Shown: positions 17,816 through 27,274 of the stretch, in pieces
Layout: each line of letters begins with the position of its first letter
Position numbering within the stretch: the stretch's first letter is position 1
DNA from: a bacterium
Lineage (GTDB): Bacteria > Patescibacteriota > Dojkabacteria > GCA-016699595
Direction: 5' to 3'
Assembly: GCA_016699595.1 (NCBI GenBank)
Contig: CP064982.1
Span: 276,563 to 340,562, forward strand
DNA length: 64,000 bases
Program-made: the position numbers and the translations under genes
The notes under the pieces: generated by a model
The model's database searches: none
Told to the model about the DNA's origin: nothing
Seen by the model: the letters and a program-made list of their open reading frames with translations, nothing else

Positions 17816-20800
17816 TCAAGAGTATTTCTTCAAATTTGGCCACGCTACACCAAAAGCGACAATTATTGAGCTCAAAATTATTGCTATCAATATTGATTCA
17901 GGAATATTTTGTAAATTTAGTACACCTGAAGTTTTTGGCATTTCTTTTGGTGTTTCAGTAGTTCCCAAAACTTCTGGCTGTTTAATTTTGACAAATGCTT
18001 GAGCGATAGCTTCATTATTTGGACCAATTACTTTGGCATTATTTATAACATTCTCTGAAGACTTCAATGCATTTGTATAAACTGTGAATATTAGATATTG
18101 ACCATTTGTCAAACTACCTACTTGTTCTATGACATTCGTATTGCCAAAAGTGTAAATGTTCGCATTGGTTTCATTTATATTTACTACAAGAGGTGCAGTT
18201 TCAAATAAGACAGTTCCATTTGCATCTCTTTTTTGGACAAATACTGAACTAAAGCTTAGATATTGCTTATCAAAGCTATCAGTAAATCTCAAAGAGTTTA
18301 TTGGTTCACAATTTCCTGAACATAGATTTTTCGTAATAATTTCCCATTGAACCTTTTGTCCGATTTCGACTAAAGCTCCAGTTTTGTTAGTTTTTGTCAA
18401 ATTTATATATGGAGTATCTTTTGTAACAATAACTACATTCATACAAAGAGAGTTTGTAGTATCTGCAAATGTTCCAGTAATCGGACTTTGTATTCCCTCT
18501 ACTTGTCCTGATGCTTGTCCACCAAAGTTACAAGCTAAACCAGCAGGCGCAGATTCCTTTACTTTGAATACAACTATAATATTCTTTGTACCTAAGGGTT
18601 CTATATTACCTATATTATTGATTACGAAAGTTCCAATATTGGTTGATGTATTATTTGAATCATAACCAGGATTTGTACTTTCTAATGATAATCTTGTTGA
18701 ATCATAATTATCAACAATTCTTACATTTTGCACTAAAACTGTACCTAAGTTTCTTACACTAATATTGTATGTAATTGAGTTTGGATTATTTTGCAATACT
18801 GTCTTACTTATTGCAATATTAGTACTAACTACATCGATATTCCACCCGTCACAATTATCGTAGTTATCATAGTTATTGACTGTATTGATAGGGTTGGAAA
18901 CTACATCACAATTAATGTCTGTAGTATCAATTTCTCCACCTCCTGAGACACTAGCTACGTTTGAAATATTACCAATAAATCCTGTGTTTATGTTTGCAAC
19001 AACTGTAATTATGGAATTTTGATTCACTCCTAATGCTTGACTTCTTGTACATGTAATATCATTACCTACATTACTACAATTCCAGTTAGTTCCACTAGCA
19101 CTAACGAAAGTCAGTGTAGAAGGAAGATTTTCTGTAACTACTATTGGACTATTTGTTGCAACCTGACCTACATTCAGAACCTTAAGTTGGTAACTTACTT
19201 GTCCGCCTGTGGTGACATTTGTATCTGAAGTCTTTTGTATTATCAAATTTGGGTACTGAGCAACTGGAGTACTAGTAGTTGAGCTAGTTGCTGGTGTACT
19301 TGTTGGTGTTGAGCTTGAGACTGGGTTACTGCAACTAGCAGAACAATTTGCACTTGTTCCACCATTTGTTCCACTGCATGTCCATGAAACAGTTCCATTG
19401 GAGAACGTAGGATTTGCAGGATTTGCTGTCCCCTGTGCACATAGTGGTGTGAGAGTTCTGCTACATGATCCACTAGTTCCATTTGCACTTCCACATACTC
19501 CATTGACTGGAGTTGGTGGTTTCAAACAACTAGCAGAACAATTTGCACTTGTTCCACCATTTGTTCCACTGCATGTCCATGAAACAGTTCCTCCATTTTG
19601 TGGGTATGAAATTGTTTCACTACCAGCATTACCTGGGTTACATAGATCTCCTGTAGGTATACTAGTGCCACATGTCCCTGTTCCTCCATTTGCACTTCCA
19701 CATACTGCATTTATTGGAGTTTGCGTAATTGTCAGCGTCCAACCGTCACAATTATCTTGATTATTATCATTATTACTGTCATTATCACCTTCTAGGTCTG
19801 CATCGCATGCCCAGTCAGTAGTATCACCATCTGTTGTATCGGTTGAATCTATAATTCTTGCATGGTCAACAATAGTATGGTTTACTGGTGCATTATCATT
19901 GATCTTCACATATACCTTTACAACTGTATCCCATACATTTATTGAAGGTACATATTGTTTTGTCGTTGTACATACTACTCTATGATTTGGATTGTTGGGT
20001 GGATTTGGATCGTACTTTGTACATGTCCATCCAGTTCCTGCTACTAGTGATTGGTATGTATAGTATTCTCCTTGGACGGGTGCTTCTAGAACTGTAATTG
20101 TTCCATTTGTAGAAGCATTACCTATATTTGATATTTTCACTGTGTATTCAATTGTATCACCTGCTTTTGCTGAGCTTGCATTACCTTGCTTTTGTATTAT
20201 CAAGTTTGGCTTTGTAACAACTTGTGTACATGATTTGCCTGTTGTACACATAGCAGATACTGTCATTCCATCGGACGGTCTTGCTAGATTACAAGATACA
20301 CCTGAGTTGGTAACGTATCCACTAGGTTTATATTCGGTAACATCAATTATTCCCCAGTCTAGTTGAACAGATCCACATCTATCATATGGAGCTGTAGAGT
20401 TCATTGGATAATTTCTCCCGACTGTAATATTTTTTGTTTCTCCTGCTTGTAGTGTGATCTTTTGAACTGATTTATCGTTTTGGCCTGGATTTTGATCGCA
20501 TGAGAAGTATTGATTATCTTGATCATCCCAGTGACTACCGTATTGTGACATACAAGAGTATGTCATTGATTCATTTTGTGGCAGTTTACCGTATCTAACA
20601 TCTATTGTATAGCCAGTTGTATTTCTCAAAGACAAAGTTTGAGTTAGGGAATCATTACTGTTGTTTCTTGTTCCACATCTATATGCATCTTCTTTACTAT
20701 ATATCCCTCCAGATTGTGGGTCTCCGTAAAAACTACAGCCAGAATTACAATTATCTGATACTGATTCTATCTTCACTCCACATGTAATATTACTAGCAGG

Positions 20801-20962
20801 TGTAGGTATCTCTACTGCCCTCCCACTAAATGCTGAAGGTCGATCGGTAAATTTGTTTTGTATCTTTAAAACAGAAAGTCCTATGATAAATAGTGACAAA
20901 AAAATAACCGCAAAGATAAAAACAAAGCTTTTTGTTTTTAGTATTTTTTGAAAATTTCCCAT
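17816..20962 (-). CDS. Large Cys-rich cell-surface protein (1048 aa) with DUF11-type repeat domains, two tandem 65-aa Cys-rich modules, and a C-terminal sorting-signal-like anchor.
   Basis: Signal anchor at the N-terminus. DUF11-like segments ('NLIIQKQGNASSAKAGDTIEYTVKISNIGNAST', 'NLIIQKTSDTNVTTGGQVSYQLKVLNVGQ'). Duplicated module '…NGGTVSWTCSGTNGGTSANCSASC'. C-terminus reads '…EMPKTSGVLNLQNIPESILIAIILSSIIVAFGVAWPNLKKYS' (motif, hydrophobic helix, basic tail). Immediately upstream of the sortase gene. Confidence 0.7.
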   Translation of the reverse strand: MGNFQKILKTKSFVFIFAVIFLSLFIIGLSVLKIQNKFTDRPSAFSGRAVEIPTPASNITCGVKIESVSDNCNSGCSFYGDPQSGGIYSKEDAYRCGTRNNSNDSLTQTLSLRNTTGYTIDVRYGKLPQNESMTYSCMSQYGSHWDDQDNQYFSCDQNPGQNDKSVQKITLQAGETKNITVGRNYPMNSTAPYDRCGSVQLDWGIIDVTEYKPSGYVTNSGVSCNLARPSDGMTVSAMCTTGKSCTQVVTKPNLIIQKQGNASSAKAGDTIEYTVKISNIGNASTNGTITVLEAPVQGEYYTYQSLVAGTGWTCTKYDPNPPNNPNHRVVCTTTKQYVPSINVWDTVVKVYVKINDNAPVNHTIVDHARIIDSTDTTDGDTTDWACDADLEGDNDSNNDNNQDNCDGWTLTITQTPINAVCGSANGGTGTCGTSIPTGDLCNPGNAGSETISYPQNGGTVSWTCSGTNGGTSANCSASCLKPPTPVNGVCGSANGTSGSCSRTLTPLCAQGTANPANPTFSNGTVSWTCSGTNGGTSANCSASCSNPVSSSTPTSTPATSSTTSTPVAQYPNLIIQKTSDTNVTTGGQVSYQLKVLNVGQVATNSPIVVTENLPSTLTFVSASGTNWNCSNVGNDITCTRSQALGVNQNSIITVVANINTGFIGNISNVASVSGGGEIDTTDINCDVVSNPINTVNNYDNYDNCDGWNIDVVSTNIAISKTVLQNNPNSITYNISVRNLGTVLVQNVRIVDNYDSTRLSLESTNPGYDSNNTSTNIGTFVINNIGNIEPLGTKNIIVVFKVKESAPAGLACNFGGQASGQVEGIQSPITGTFADTTNSLCMNVVIVTKDTPYINLTKTNKTGALVEIGQKVQWEIITKNLCSGNCEPINSLRFTDSFDKQYLSFSSVFVQKRDANGTVLFETAPLVVNINETNANIYTFGNTNVIEQVGSLTNGQYLIFTVYTNALKSSENVINNAKVIGPNNEAIAQAFVKIKQPEVLGTTETPKEMPKTSGVLNLQNIPESILIAIILSSIIVAFGVAWPNLKKYS
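19333..19591. repeat. Perfect 64-bp direct repeat (copies at 19333-19396 and 19528-19591) spaced 195 bp apart and in frame, inside the surface-protein gene.
   Basis: Identical string 'aactagcagaacaatttgcacttgttccaccatttgttccactgcatgtccatgaaacagttcc' at both positions. Corresponds to the duplicated '…TVSWTCSGTNGGTSANCSASC' protein module. Locally GC-richer than the surroundings. Confidence 0.85.
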
Positions 20963-21167
20963 TTTGAAAATTTATTAAAATAAGTAAATAAAAAAGAATC
21001 TGATACATAGATGTGTATTACCAACAAAGTATATTAACTGAAATAAATCTCAATTAATAATAGCGAATGTTAAACATCAAATGGGAGCAGTAAGACTTTT
21101 GTCTTTATCAAATTATAACAGGAATTTGAAAAAATGCAATCAAAAAGAAATGAAAGTGATATTGAAA

Positions 21168-21428
21168 CTAAGAAACAATATCCACAATAATCCTTTTAGG
21201 ATTTTTAGGCATTCTTCTAAAGGATATTTTACCTTCTTTCTTAGCAACTAAGGTAAAGTCTTTTGCGAGTAAGATATCAATACCCGGATGAAATCGAGTA
21301 CCTTTCTGTCGGACAATGATATTTCCAGGTTGTGCCATTTCACCATGAGTCTTTTTGACTCCTAATCTTTTTCCAGCAGGATTTTTGTGTTGTCGAATTC
21401 CGCCACCAGCGGCTTTTTTATGTGCCAT
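21168..21428 (-). CDS. rpmA: 50S ribosomal protein L27.
   Basis: 'MAHKKAAGGGIRQHKNPAGKRLGVKK…' is the canonical L27 N-terminus. Located downstream of rplU. Confidence 0.95.
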   Translation of the reverse strand: MAHKKAAGGGIRQHKNPAGKRLGVKKTHGEMAQPGNIIVRQKGTRFHPGIDILLAKDFTLVAKKEGKISFRRMPKNPKRIIVDIVS

Positions 21429-21443
21429 AAATTTTCTATTAGT

Positions 21444-21899
21444 TTAGCTTACCTTTAGTAAAGTCTTATGCTGCCTCTTACCTCTTGTCCTTCGATACCT
21501 TGATTTTGCCTTAAAAACTCTTGTAGTTACTTTCTCCCCTAGATAATCTTCAATTTTTTCGAATTTAATTTTTGATTCAGCTGAATTATCTGTACTAACT
21601 TTGCCTGCGCTCACATACAAAAGAACTTCTATATCATTTTCTAAGTCAAGGTCATTTATTTTGTCGACTGAAAGTTCAAGTCCACGCCAAACGATTTCTT
21701 GGCTCCCGTTTATATTTACAACCCAAAACGTTTCTGGTATTTGGCTTCCAATAATGTTTCTATCTGTAGTCTTGTGGTTTTGCATATTAACCGTTCTATC
21801 TACTACTTCAATGTCATTTATCTCATTATTCTTTTTGGTTATAGCTTGAGTTGGTTTTGCTGAAGTTTTTTTTTGTTTGACAATTTTGTTATCTGACAT
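21444..21899 (-). CDS. rplU: 50S ribosomal protein L21 with an N-terminal extension of about 45 aa.
   Basis: C-terminal 'TRVFKAKSRYRRTRGKRQHKTLLKV' matches the L21 tail (…FKKKRRKNYRRKKGHRQ…). Conserved rplU-rpmA gene order. Confidence 0.8.
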   Translation of the reverse strand: MSDNKIVKQKKTSAKPTQAITKKNNEINDIEVVDRTVNMQNHKTTDRNIIGSQIPETFWVVNINGSQEIVWRGLELSVDKINDLDLENDIEVLLYVSAGKVSTDNSAESKIKFEKIEDYLGEKVTTRVFKAKSRYRRTRGKRQHKTLLKVS

Positions 21900-22022
21900 T
21901 ATTTCTAACTTAAATTATAATTTGATATTCAAGGAATCATTTTATCACCAATACAAATTATATCAAGCCTTTTTTGTAAATTGGCAAATGTATTAATTAT
22001 ATCAACAATTATCTAGTCAAAA

Positions 22023-25000
22023 TTAAATGACATTTATGCTAATTGGTGAAGATGATAAAGTTCCTACGCTCGTAACATAGTTAACCAAAAAAATATAGTT
22101 TCCAGTTGATGTTGGAGTATAATTTATTTGAAATAACTTGTTTCCGATATCGGTCATACTAGCATATTGTATACCATTTACAAGTAAAATGACATTTGTA
22201 TAATCAGTTGAACCAGCATACTTAGCAGTAATTGCAAATGGAGTATTTACAGCTTTTGAACTTCCTGAAGCAGGAGAAGTTATCGTTAAAATTCCGTTTA
22301 AAGTTTGAGTTGGATTCACTATACTAATAGAAACTTCATTCATAGCAACACTACCTCCAACATCTGTAGCCTCTATTTTCAGCAAGTGTAATCCTGATGC
22401 AAAACTATTATTTATGTTTATATTGGTAACTAGCGAGTTTCCACTTGAAGTGGATATCAAACTATTATCTAGATATGCTTTCATACTAATGACATCACCT
22501 AATGCTCCGGTAGCACTCGCGTTCACAATCAACATTTCTCCAATATTTATTGACTGACTTTGTTGTGGAGAAGCTATAGTAATTATTGGCTTGAGATTCA
22601 AAGAAACATAATCAGTATCGCAATTTGTCAATTTTGCAGATGGAGATTGCTTTAACAACTTATCTATCTGGTCTTGCATTTCTGCTTTAGGCATTTTTAT
22701 ATAAACATTCAAATCTTCTTTTGCAAAATTGTATTGTATGTCAATATCTCTCGCCTTCATCTTTTGTGACTGATCGTTCAATTTCGCTTGTGCATCTGAA
22801 TAAGACGCAGGTTTATCTGTGCAGACCTGTATCTTAGTTATACTATCATCTACTGCTGGTAATTTATCAGCTAGAAACATAGATTTACTTGTCTTATCAC
22901 AGGTTGAACTAGCGGGGAGACCAGAGTAATTACAAACAGTAACTTCTGTAATTCCACTTGGTTTTTCCCAATCATCATTCTTTTTATATGTATCAGGATA
23001 ATTCGCAACAAGCTGTTTCATAAAATCATTATAAATAGGTAGTGATAGAGTCGCACCGTCTGATCGCAAATTTACAGCACTGTTATCGTTGTTACCTGAC
23101 CATACTCCAACACTAATGTGTTTTGAATATCCAACATACCAATTATCCAAACTATCATTAGTTGTGCCTGTCTTCCCAGATCTTATATATCCATTCAATT
23201 CTGGTATCCAAAACCTACTATAATACTTTGCAGGACCAGACTCTTTTATGACATCATTCATAAGATATGCAGCTCTAGAGTCAATGACCTGTTTTGCCAA
23301 CTTTTCTGGCTCGTACTTCCATAAAATATTTCCATTTTTATCTTCAATTCTAAGTATGCTTTGAACTGGATGAGAAATTCCTAAATTTCCTAAAGTGGCA
23401 TATGCATTTATATGTTCGATAGGTAAAATGTCATTTGCACCTAATATGGTAGTTGGAACTATTTCACCAACATCTTTGAAAGTAGTATAACCAAGCTTAT
23501 TGAACATATTAAATACTAATTCGTTCCCCATTATTTGCTGGGCAATAAAAGCTGGCCTGTTGTATGAAGCCCTAAGCTGATCTCTCAAAAAGTTTTTTGT
23601 AGATCCAGCTGAATACCCAACACCACCACCAAATGCATTTTGTGGTGTATAGTTACCTACTTTATAAGGAACATCAGGTATAAATGCCGAAGGATATAAA
23701 CTTCCGTTTTCAAATCCAGCAACTTCAGATATAGGTTTCATACTTGAACCTGGCTGTTGTAAAGAATTCATAATGTTCACCTGTCCGTCGAACTTACTAA
23801 TTCCTGTGTTTGCATTTTTGCCTTCACTCTCTAGGTTATAACCTTTTGATCCTACCATAGCCAGTACTTCACCAGTTCTTGAATCAATAGCTCCTAAAGA
23901 ACTATTATAAGCTCCATAATTTTTTTTGTTTGATTCTGCGCCATCGAAAACTGCCTTTTGTGCGATATTTTGGATATCTAGATCTATAGTCGTGAAAATA
24001 TTGTACCCTCGTTCATTTAGCATACTCATGGTCAGAGGTTTATCATCTATAAAAATAGCATTCTCATCAATTAATTGACCAATTGCATAATCTACAAAGT
24101 GAGGAGCATTTTTTTCTACAGTTGGAGTTACAAATGCAAGTTCTTCAGTTCTTGCAGATTGTATGTCTTGAATTGGGATGTTGATTCCATGGTCTTTCAA
24201 TAATTCTTGTTCTTGTTCAAATTCATTTAGGACAAATAGTTGCCTGCACTTGTAAGGGTTTGTTTCTATAACTGTTGATCCATCAAATGCAACGGTAACT
24301 TTGCCATTTTCATCTCTACTATATTGTCCTTCAGACAAACCTATTCCTGTACTATCTCCTTGCTTTTCTCTACAAACTATTTGTTTCGAATTGTATGGCG
24401 AATAAATCGTCCAATTCTGAGGGAGTCCTGCCAGAAATGTACTTTCTCCAAGTGTCAACTGATCGAGCTCCTTGTTAAAGTAATATCTAGCAGCAGTTTT
24501 CACTCCATAAGATGTTGGCGAAAAGTCCACTTCATTTAGGTAAAATGTAAGTATAGTGTCTTTTGAGTATAGTTGATTCAATCTCAACGCAAGAATCATT
24601 TCTTTAATTTTCCTTGTCTTTGTGTCGTAAGGATAATCTTTGAAGACAGTATTTTTAAGTATTTGTTGAGTTATAGTTGAACCTCCACAATTTCCCTTGC
24701 GTAAATATGTCACATAAAAACATCTTGCAGTAGCTACGATATCAACTCCAGGATCTTCATAATATCTTTTGTTTTCCGCCAAAAGGAAAGACCATTTGAC
24801 CCTATCAGGAACCTCGGAAATATCTTGCAACAAATCTCTATCAACATCACCAATTTGTTTGTAAAGAAACTTACCATTGCGATCATAAAATATAGAAGGT
24901 TCAGTTTGTCCTCTTTCAAACGGCTTGGTAGGATCAGGCAAATCTTCAGTGAACTTTGCTACCAAAGCTATACCACCAACAAATCCAATAATTGTAAATA

Positions 25001-25208
25001 TAAATCCTCCCCAAAGAAATACAAGTAAAACACTTTTCAACTTCTTTTTAAGTGCAGTTTTCTTTCTTGTTTTTGAGTAAGTATTTAGTGATGCCAATCC
25101 TTGTGGAGTGGTACTTTTTCTTTTTTTCCTTGATCCAATGGTTTTCTTTGTCTGATTCATGGAAGTAAATATTTTGAAAAAATAGAGAATTATATATATA
25201 TTGCCCAA
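22023..25208 (-). CDS. Class A penicillin-binding protein (GT51 transglycosylase plus transpeptidase) with a C-terminal extension of about 300 aa. The true start is probably the internal Met (MNQTKK…) near 25160.
   Basis: GT51 motif 'GGSTITQQILKN', transpeptidase motifs 'SSMKP' (SxxK) and 'SGKTGTT' (KTG), and a TM helix 'LLVFLWGGFIFTIIGFVGGIALVA'. Confidence 0.9.
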   Translation of the reverse strand: MGNIYIILYFFKIFTSMNQTKKTIGSRKKRKSTTPQGLASLNTYSKTRKKTALKKKLKSVLLVFLWGGFIFTIIGFVGGIALVAKFTEDLPDPTKPFERGQTEPSIFYDRNGKFLYKQIGDVDRDLLQDISEVPDRVKWSFLLAENKRYYEDPGVDIVATARCFYVTYLRKGNCGGSTITQQILKNTVFKDYPYDTKTRKIKEMILALRLNQLYSKDTILTFYLNEVDFSPTSYGVKTAARYYFNKELDQLTLGESTFLAGLPQNWTIYSPYNSKQIVCREKQGDSTGIGLSEGQYSRDENGKVTVAFDGSTVIETNPYKCRQLFVLNEFEQEQELLKDHGINIPIQDIQSARTEELAFVTPTVEKNAPHFVDYAIGQLIDENAIFIDDKPLTMSMLNERGYNIFTTIDLDIQNIAQKAVFDGAESNKKNYGAYNSSLGAIDSRTGEVLAMVGSKGYNLESEGKNANTGISKFDGQVNIMNSLQQPGSSMKPISEVAGFENGSLYPSAFIPDVPYKVGNYTPQNAFGGGVGYSAGSTKNFLRDQLRASYNRPAFIAQQIMGNELVFNMFNKLGYTTFKDVGEIVPTTILGANDILPIEHINAYATLGNLGISHPVQSILRIEDKNGNILWKYEPEKLAKQVIDSRAAYLMNDVIKESGPAKYYSRFWIPELNGYIRSGKTGTTNDSLDNWYVGYSKHISVGVWSGNNDNSAVNLRSDGATLSLPIYNDFMKQLVANYPDTYKKNDDWEKPSGITEVTVCNYSGLPASSTCDKTSKSMFLADKLPAVDDSITKIQVCTDKPASYSDAQAKLNDQSQKMKARDIDIQYNFAKEDLNVYIKMPKAEMQDQIDKLLKQSPSAKLTNCDTDYVSLNLKPIITIASPQQSQSINIGEMLIVNASATGALGDVISMKAYLDNSLISTSSGNSLVTNININNSFASGLHLLKIEATDVGGSVAMNEVSISIVNPTQTLNGILTITSPASGSSKAVNTPFAITAKYAGSTDYTNVILLVNGIQYASMTDIGNKLFQINYTPTSTGNYIFLVNYVTSVGTLSSSPISINVI

Positions 25209-25384
25209 AAGACAAATGCAATAGCACCTGTGAACAAAAATGATACTGTGTATAGTATAAATTTCTTCATATTGTCAGAAATTTTAGCAAAAACCTAAGA
25301 CTTTTGAAAGAGATATAAATTTCATTTTTCAAACTTACAAAAACTATGGCATATATTTTCGGAGTTTGCTAATATTGAAAAAAA

Positions 25385-26326
25385 ATGGACTTAGTCAATA
25401 AGGTTGAAAACCAGAGATTTGATAATTTTGATAATAATGATGCAATATCTTTTGTAGATATTATAAATGCACTAGGTTCTCACTTCAATCATACTACAGC
25501 AGATAATAATTCAACTAGTATTCAAAGAGATAGCAGGACTGGACAAACTAAACTCGGTATAGCAACTGAAGCGACAGCAAAAGAAGTTTTGCAAATGCTA
25601 AAGCAAGAGGCAAATACTGATATCTCAGATTTTGGTAGAAGACTCAAAGATGTAGGAATACTTTTAGCTAGAGAAGATATTGTTCAAAAATCAAATATTG
25701 CTTTAGAATTCGCAAATCAAGTATACCGATTAGGTTGTAGTATAAGGAATGAAGATGTAAGAGAAATATCTGATTTATCTAAGCAAAATTTATCAAACGA
25801 ATCTCAAACATATAAAAATGAACTTTTTTTATGGGCTATAGGAAGAGATGATCCAGATAGTAAGTATGCAAGAAATCTTCATGGTTGGAAAAGAGTTCAT
25901 CCTATAGAAAAACCATATGTTGGAGATAAAATCACGAAAGAACAAAGGGAACTGAAAGCTAGAAGAAGTGAAGCAACATTAAAACATAAAAGTCTATTAC
26001 TCAAATACTTTGTAGAAAATATAGAATCAAGAAACGGTGAATTATCAAAAGAAACAAAAGTAGGACTTGAAAAGACATTTTTATCAGCTGCTAAACAAGC
26101 TACCATAAATATACTTACGAAAAATGCATGGCAAAATTGGGAAAAGAATCTGAGAGTTCCACCTGCAGAAAGAAAACAATATCTTGATAATGATATACGA
26201 CAAATCTTCGAAATAATACCAGGCTTTAAAGACGAAAGTTTAAGAATAGTCGAGGCAGTGAATGAACTAAAAAATTCTGAAAGATGGCACAATTTATCAG
26301 ATATAGAAAAAGTCAGAGACATTTAG
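25385..26326 (+). CDS. Hypothetical cytoplasmic protein (313 aa). No recognisable domain.
   Basis: Clean ATG-initiated ORF on the opposite strand from the flanking core genes. No TM or signal peptide. Charged, helical-looking sequence. Confidence 0.5.
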   Translation: MDLVNKVENQRFDNFDNNDAISFVDIINALGSHFNHTTADNNSTSIQRDSRTGQTKLGIATEATAKEVLQMLKQEANTDISDFGRRLKDVGILLAREDIVQKSNIALEFANQVYRLGCSIRNEDVREISDLSKQNLSNESQTYKNELFLWAIGRDDPDSKYARNLHGWKRVHPIEKPYVGDKITKEQRELKARRSEATLKHKSLLLKYFVENIESRNGELSKETKVGLEKTFLSAAKQATINILTKNAWQNWEKNLRVPPAERKQYLDNDIRQIFEIIPGFKDESLRIVEAVNELKNSERWHNLSDIEKVRDI

Positions 26327-26428
26327 GATGTATGCCAAACTTATGCTCCTGCCAAAACTTATAGCCCTGCCACGGCTCTTGAAAGTAGAGAATTTGAGTG
26401 TCAGCTTCAGTCATTTCTGGCAGGGAAC

Positions 26429-27274
26429 TTGATCAAAAAATATATTCCAAATGTCAAAGTAGCAACTTGGTATGAGCATCGTCATATAAAACTTGCACTA
26501 AATGTACAAGACGAAAACTATATGTTTGATGCAAATATAAGTAAAGAGAAACACGAAAGTAATCGTAATATTTCAGTTATGAATCATGATATATTTTACG
26601 CAACGTATGCTATCGGTATTACTCCAGAAATAGATGGAGTTTTGAAAAAGTATTTTGAAACAGGTATAGATCAGTTTATGCCTACTGAAAAAGCTGGATA
26701 TATCTCTGTTGGTGATTTTGATAAGACTATAGTAGGAGGTATTATTTTAAATCTTGTGGGTGGTGAATTTATTTCAGACAAAAAGATGCAGATTGCACTT
26801 TTGAGATTAGTAATTGAAATAAATCCAAATTATGCTGAAGGATATAATAATTTAGGAACTAAACTAACTGGAGAAGAGGCAATAAGTATGTTCAGAAAAG
26901 CAATTGAAATTAATCCAAATTTTGCTACAGCGTATTATAACTTAGGTCTTCGATTAACTGGGGCAGAAGCTATATGGATGCTCAGAAAAGCAATTGAGAT
27001 AAATCCAAACTATGTTAATGCATATTATAATTTGGCCAATAAAATTAGATATAATAAAACATTACAAACTCGAGAAAACTTACAATTAGCTTTAAGAAGT
27101 ATAAACAAATACTTTGAACTTGCACAAAACGATTTGGGACAAGTTAAAACAAACTTTTTTACTGAATATGCACCAGAATACAAGCATTTCTTTGAACGAA
27201 AGATTGCTCAGATTGAGCGACGAGATAGAATGAAAACATTATTTAAGAAAATTCTTCGCTACTTCCAAATCTAG
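26429..27274 (+). CDS. TPR-like repeat protein with three near-identical 30-aa repeats. TTG start as tabulated.
   Basis: Protein repeats 'RKAIEINPNYAEGYNNLGTKLTGEEAISMF' / 'RKAIEINPNFATAYYNLGLRLTGAEAIWML' / 'RKAIEINPNYVNAYYNLANK'. Confidence 0.55.
   Translation: MIKKYIPNVKVATWYEHRHIKLALNVQDENYMFDANISKEKHESNRNISVMNHDIFYATYAIGITPEIDGVLKKYFETGIDQFMPTEKAGYISVGDFDKTIVGGIILNLVGGEFISDKKMQIALLRLVIEINPNYAEGYNNLGTKLTGEEAISMFRKAIEINPNFATAYYNLGLRLTGAEAIWMLRKAIEINPNYVNAYYNLANKIRYNKTLQTRENLQLALRSINKYFELAQNDLGQVKTNFFTEYAPEYKHFFERKIAQIERRDRMKTLFKKILRYFQI
26812..27040. repeat. Tandem 90-bp DNA repeat (about 2.5 units) encoding the TPR-like repeats.
   Basis: 'aattgaaat(a/t)aatccaaat…' recurs at 26812, 26902 and 26992 with roughly 80% identity. 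Confidence 0.8.

Noticed and set aside
19243-19760. ORFs 19243-19503(-), 19398-19760(+), 19522-19710(-) with repeated peptide strings
   Set aside because: They fall in alternative frames of the duplicated module inside the large surface-protein gene. Their similarity to one another just reflects the 64-bp DNA repeat.
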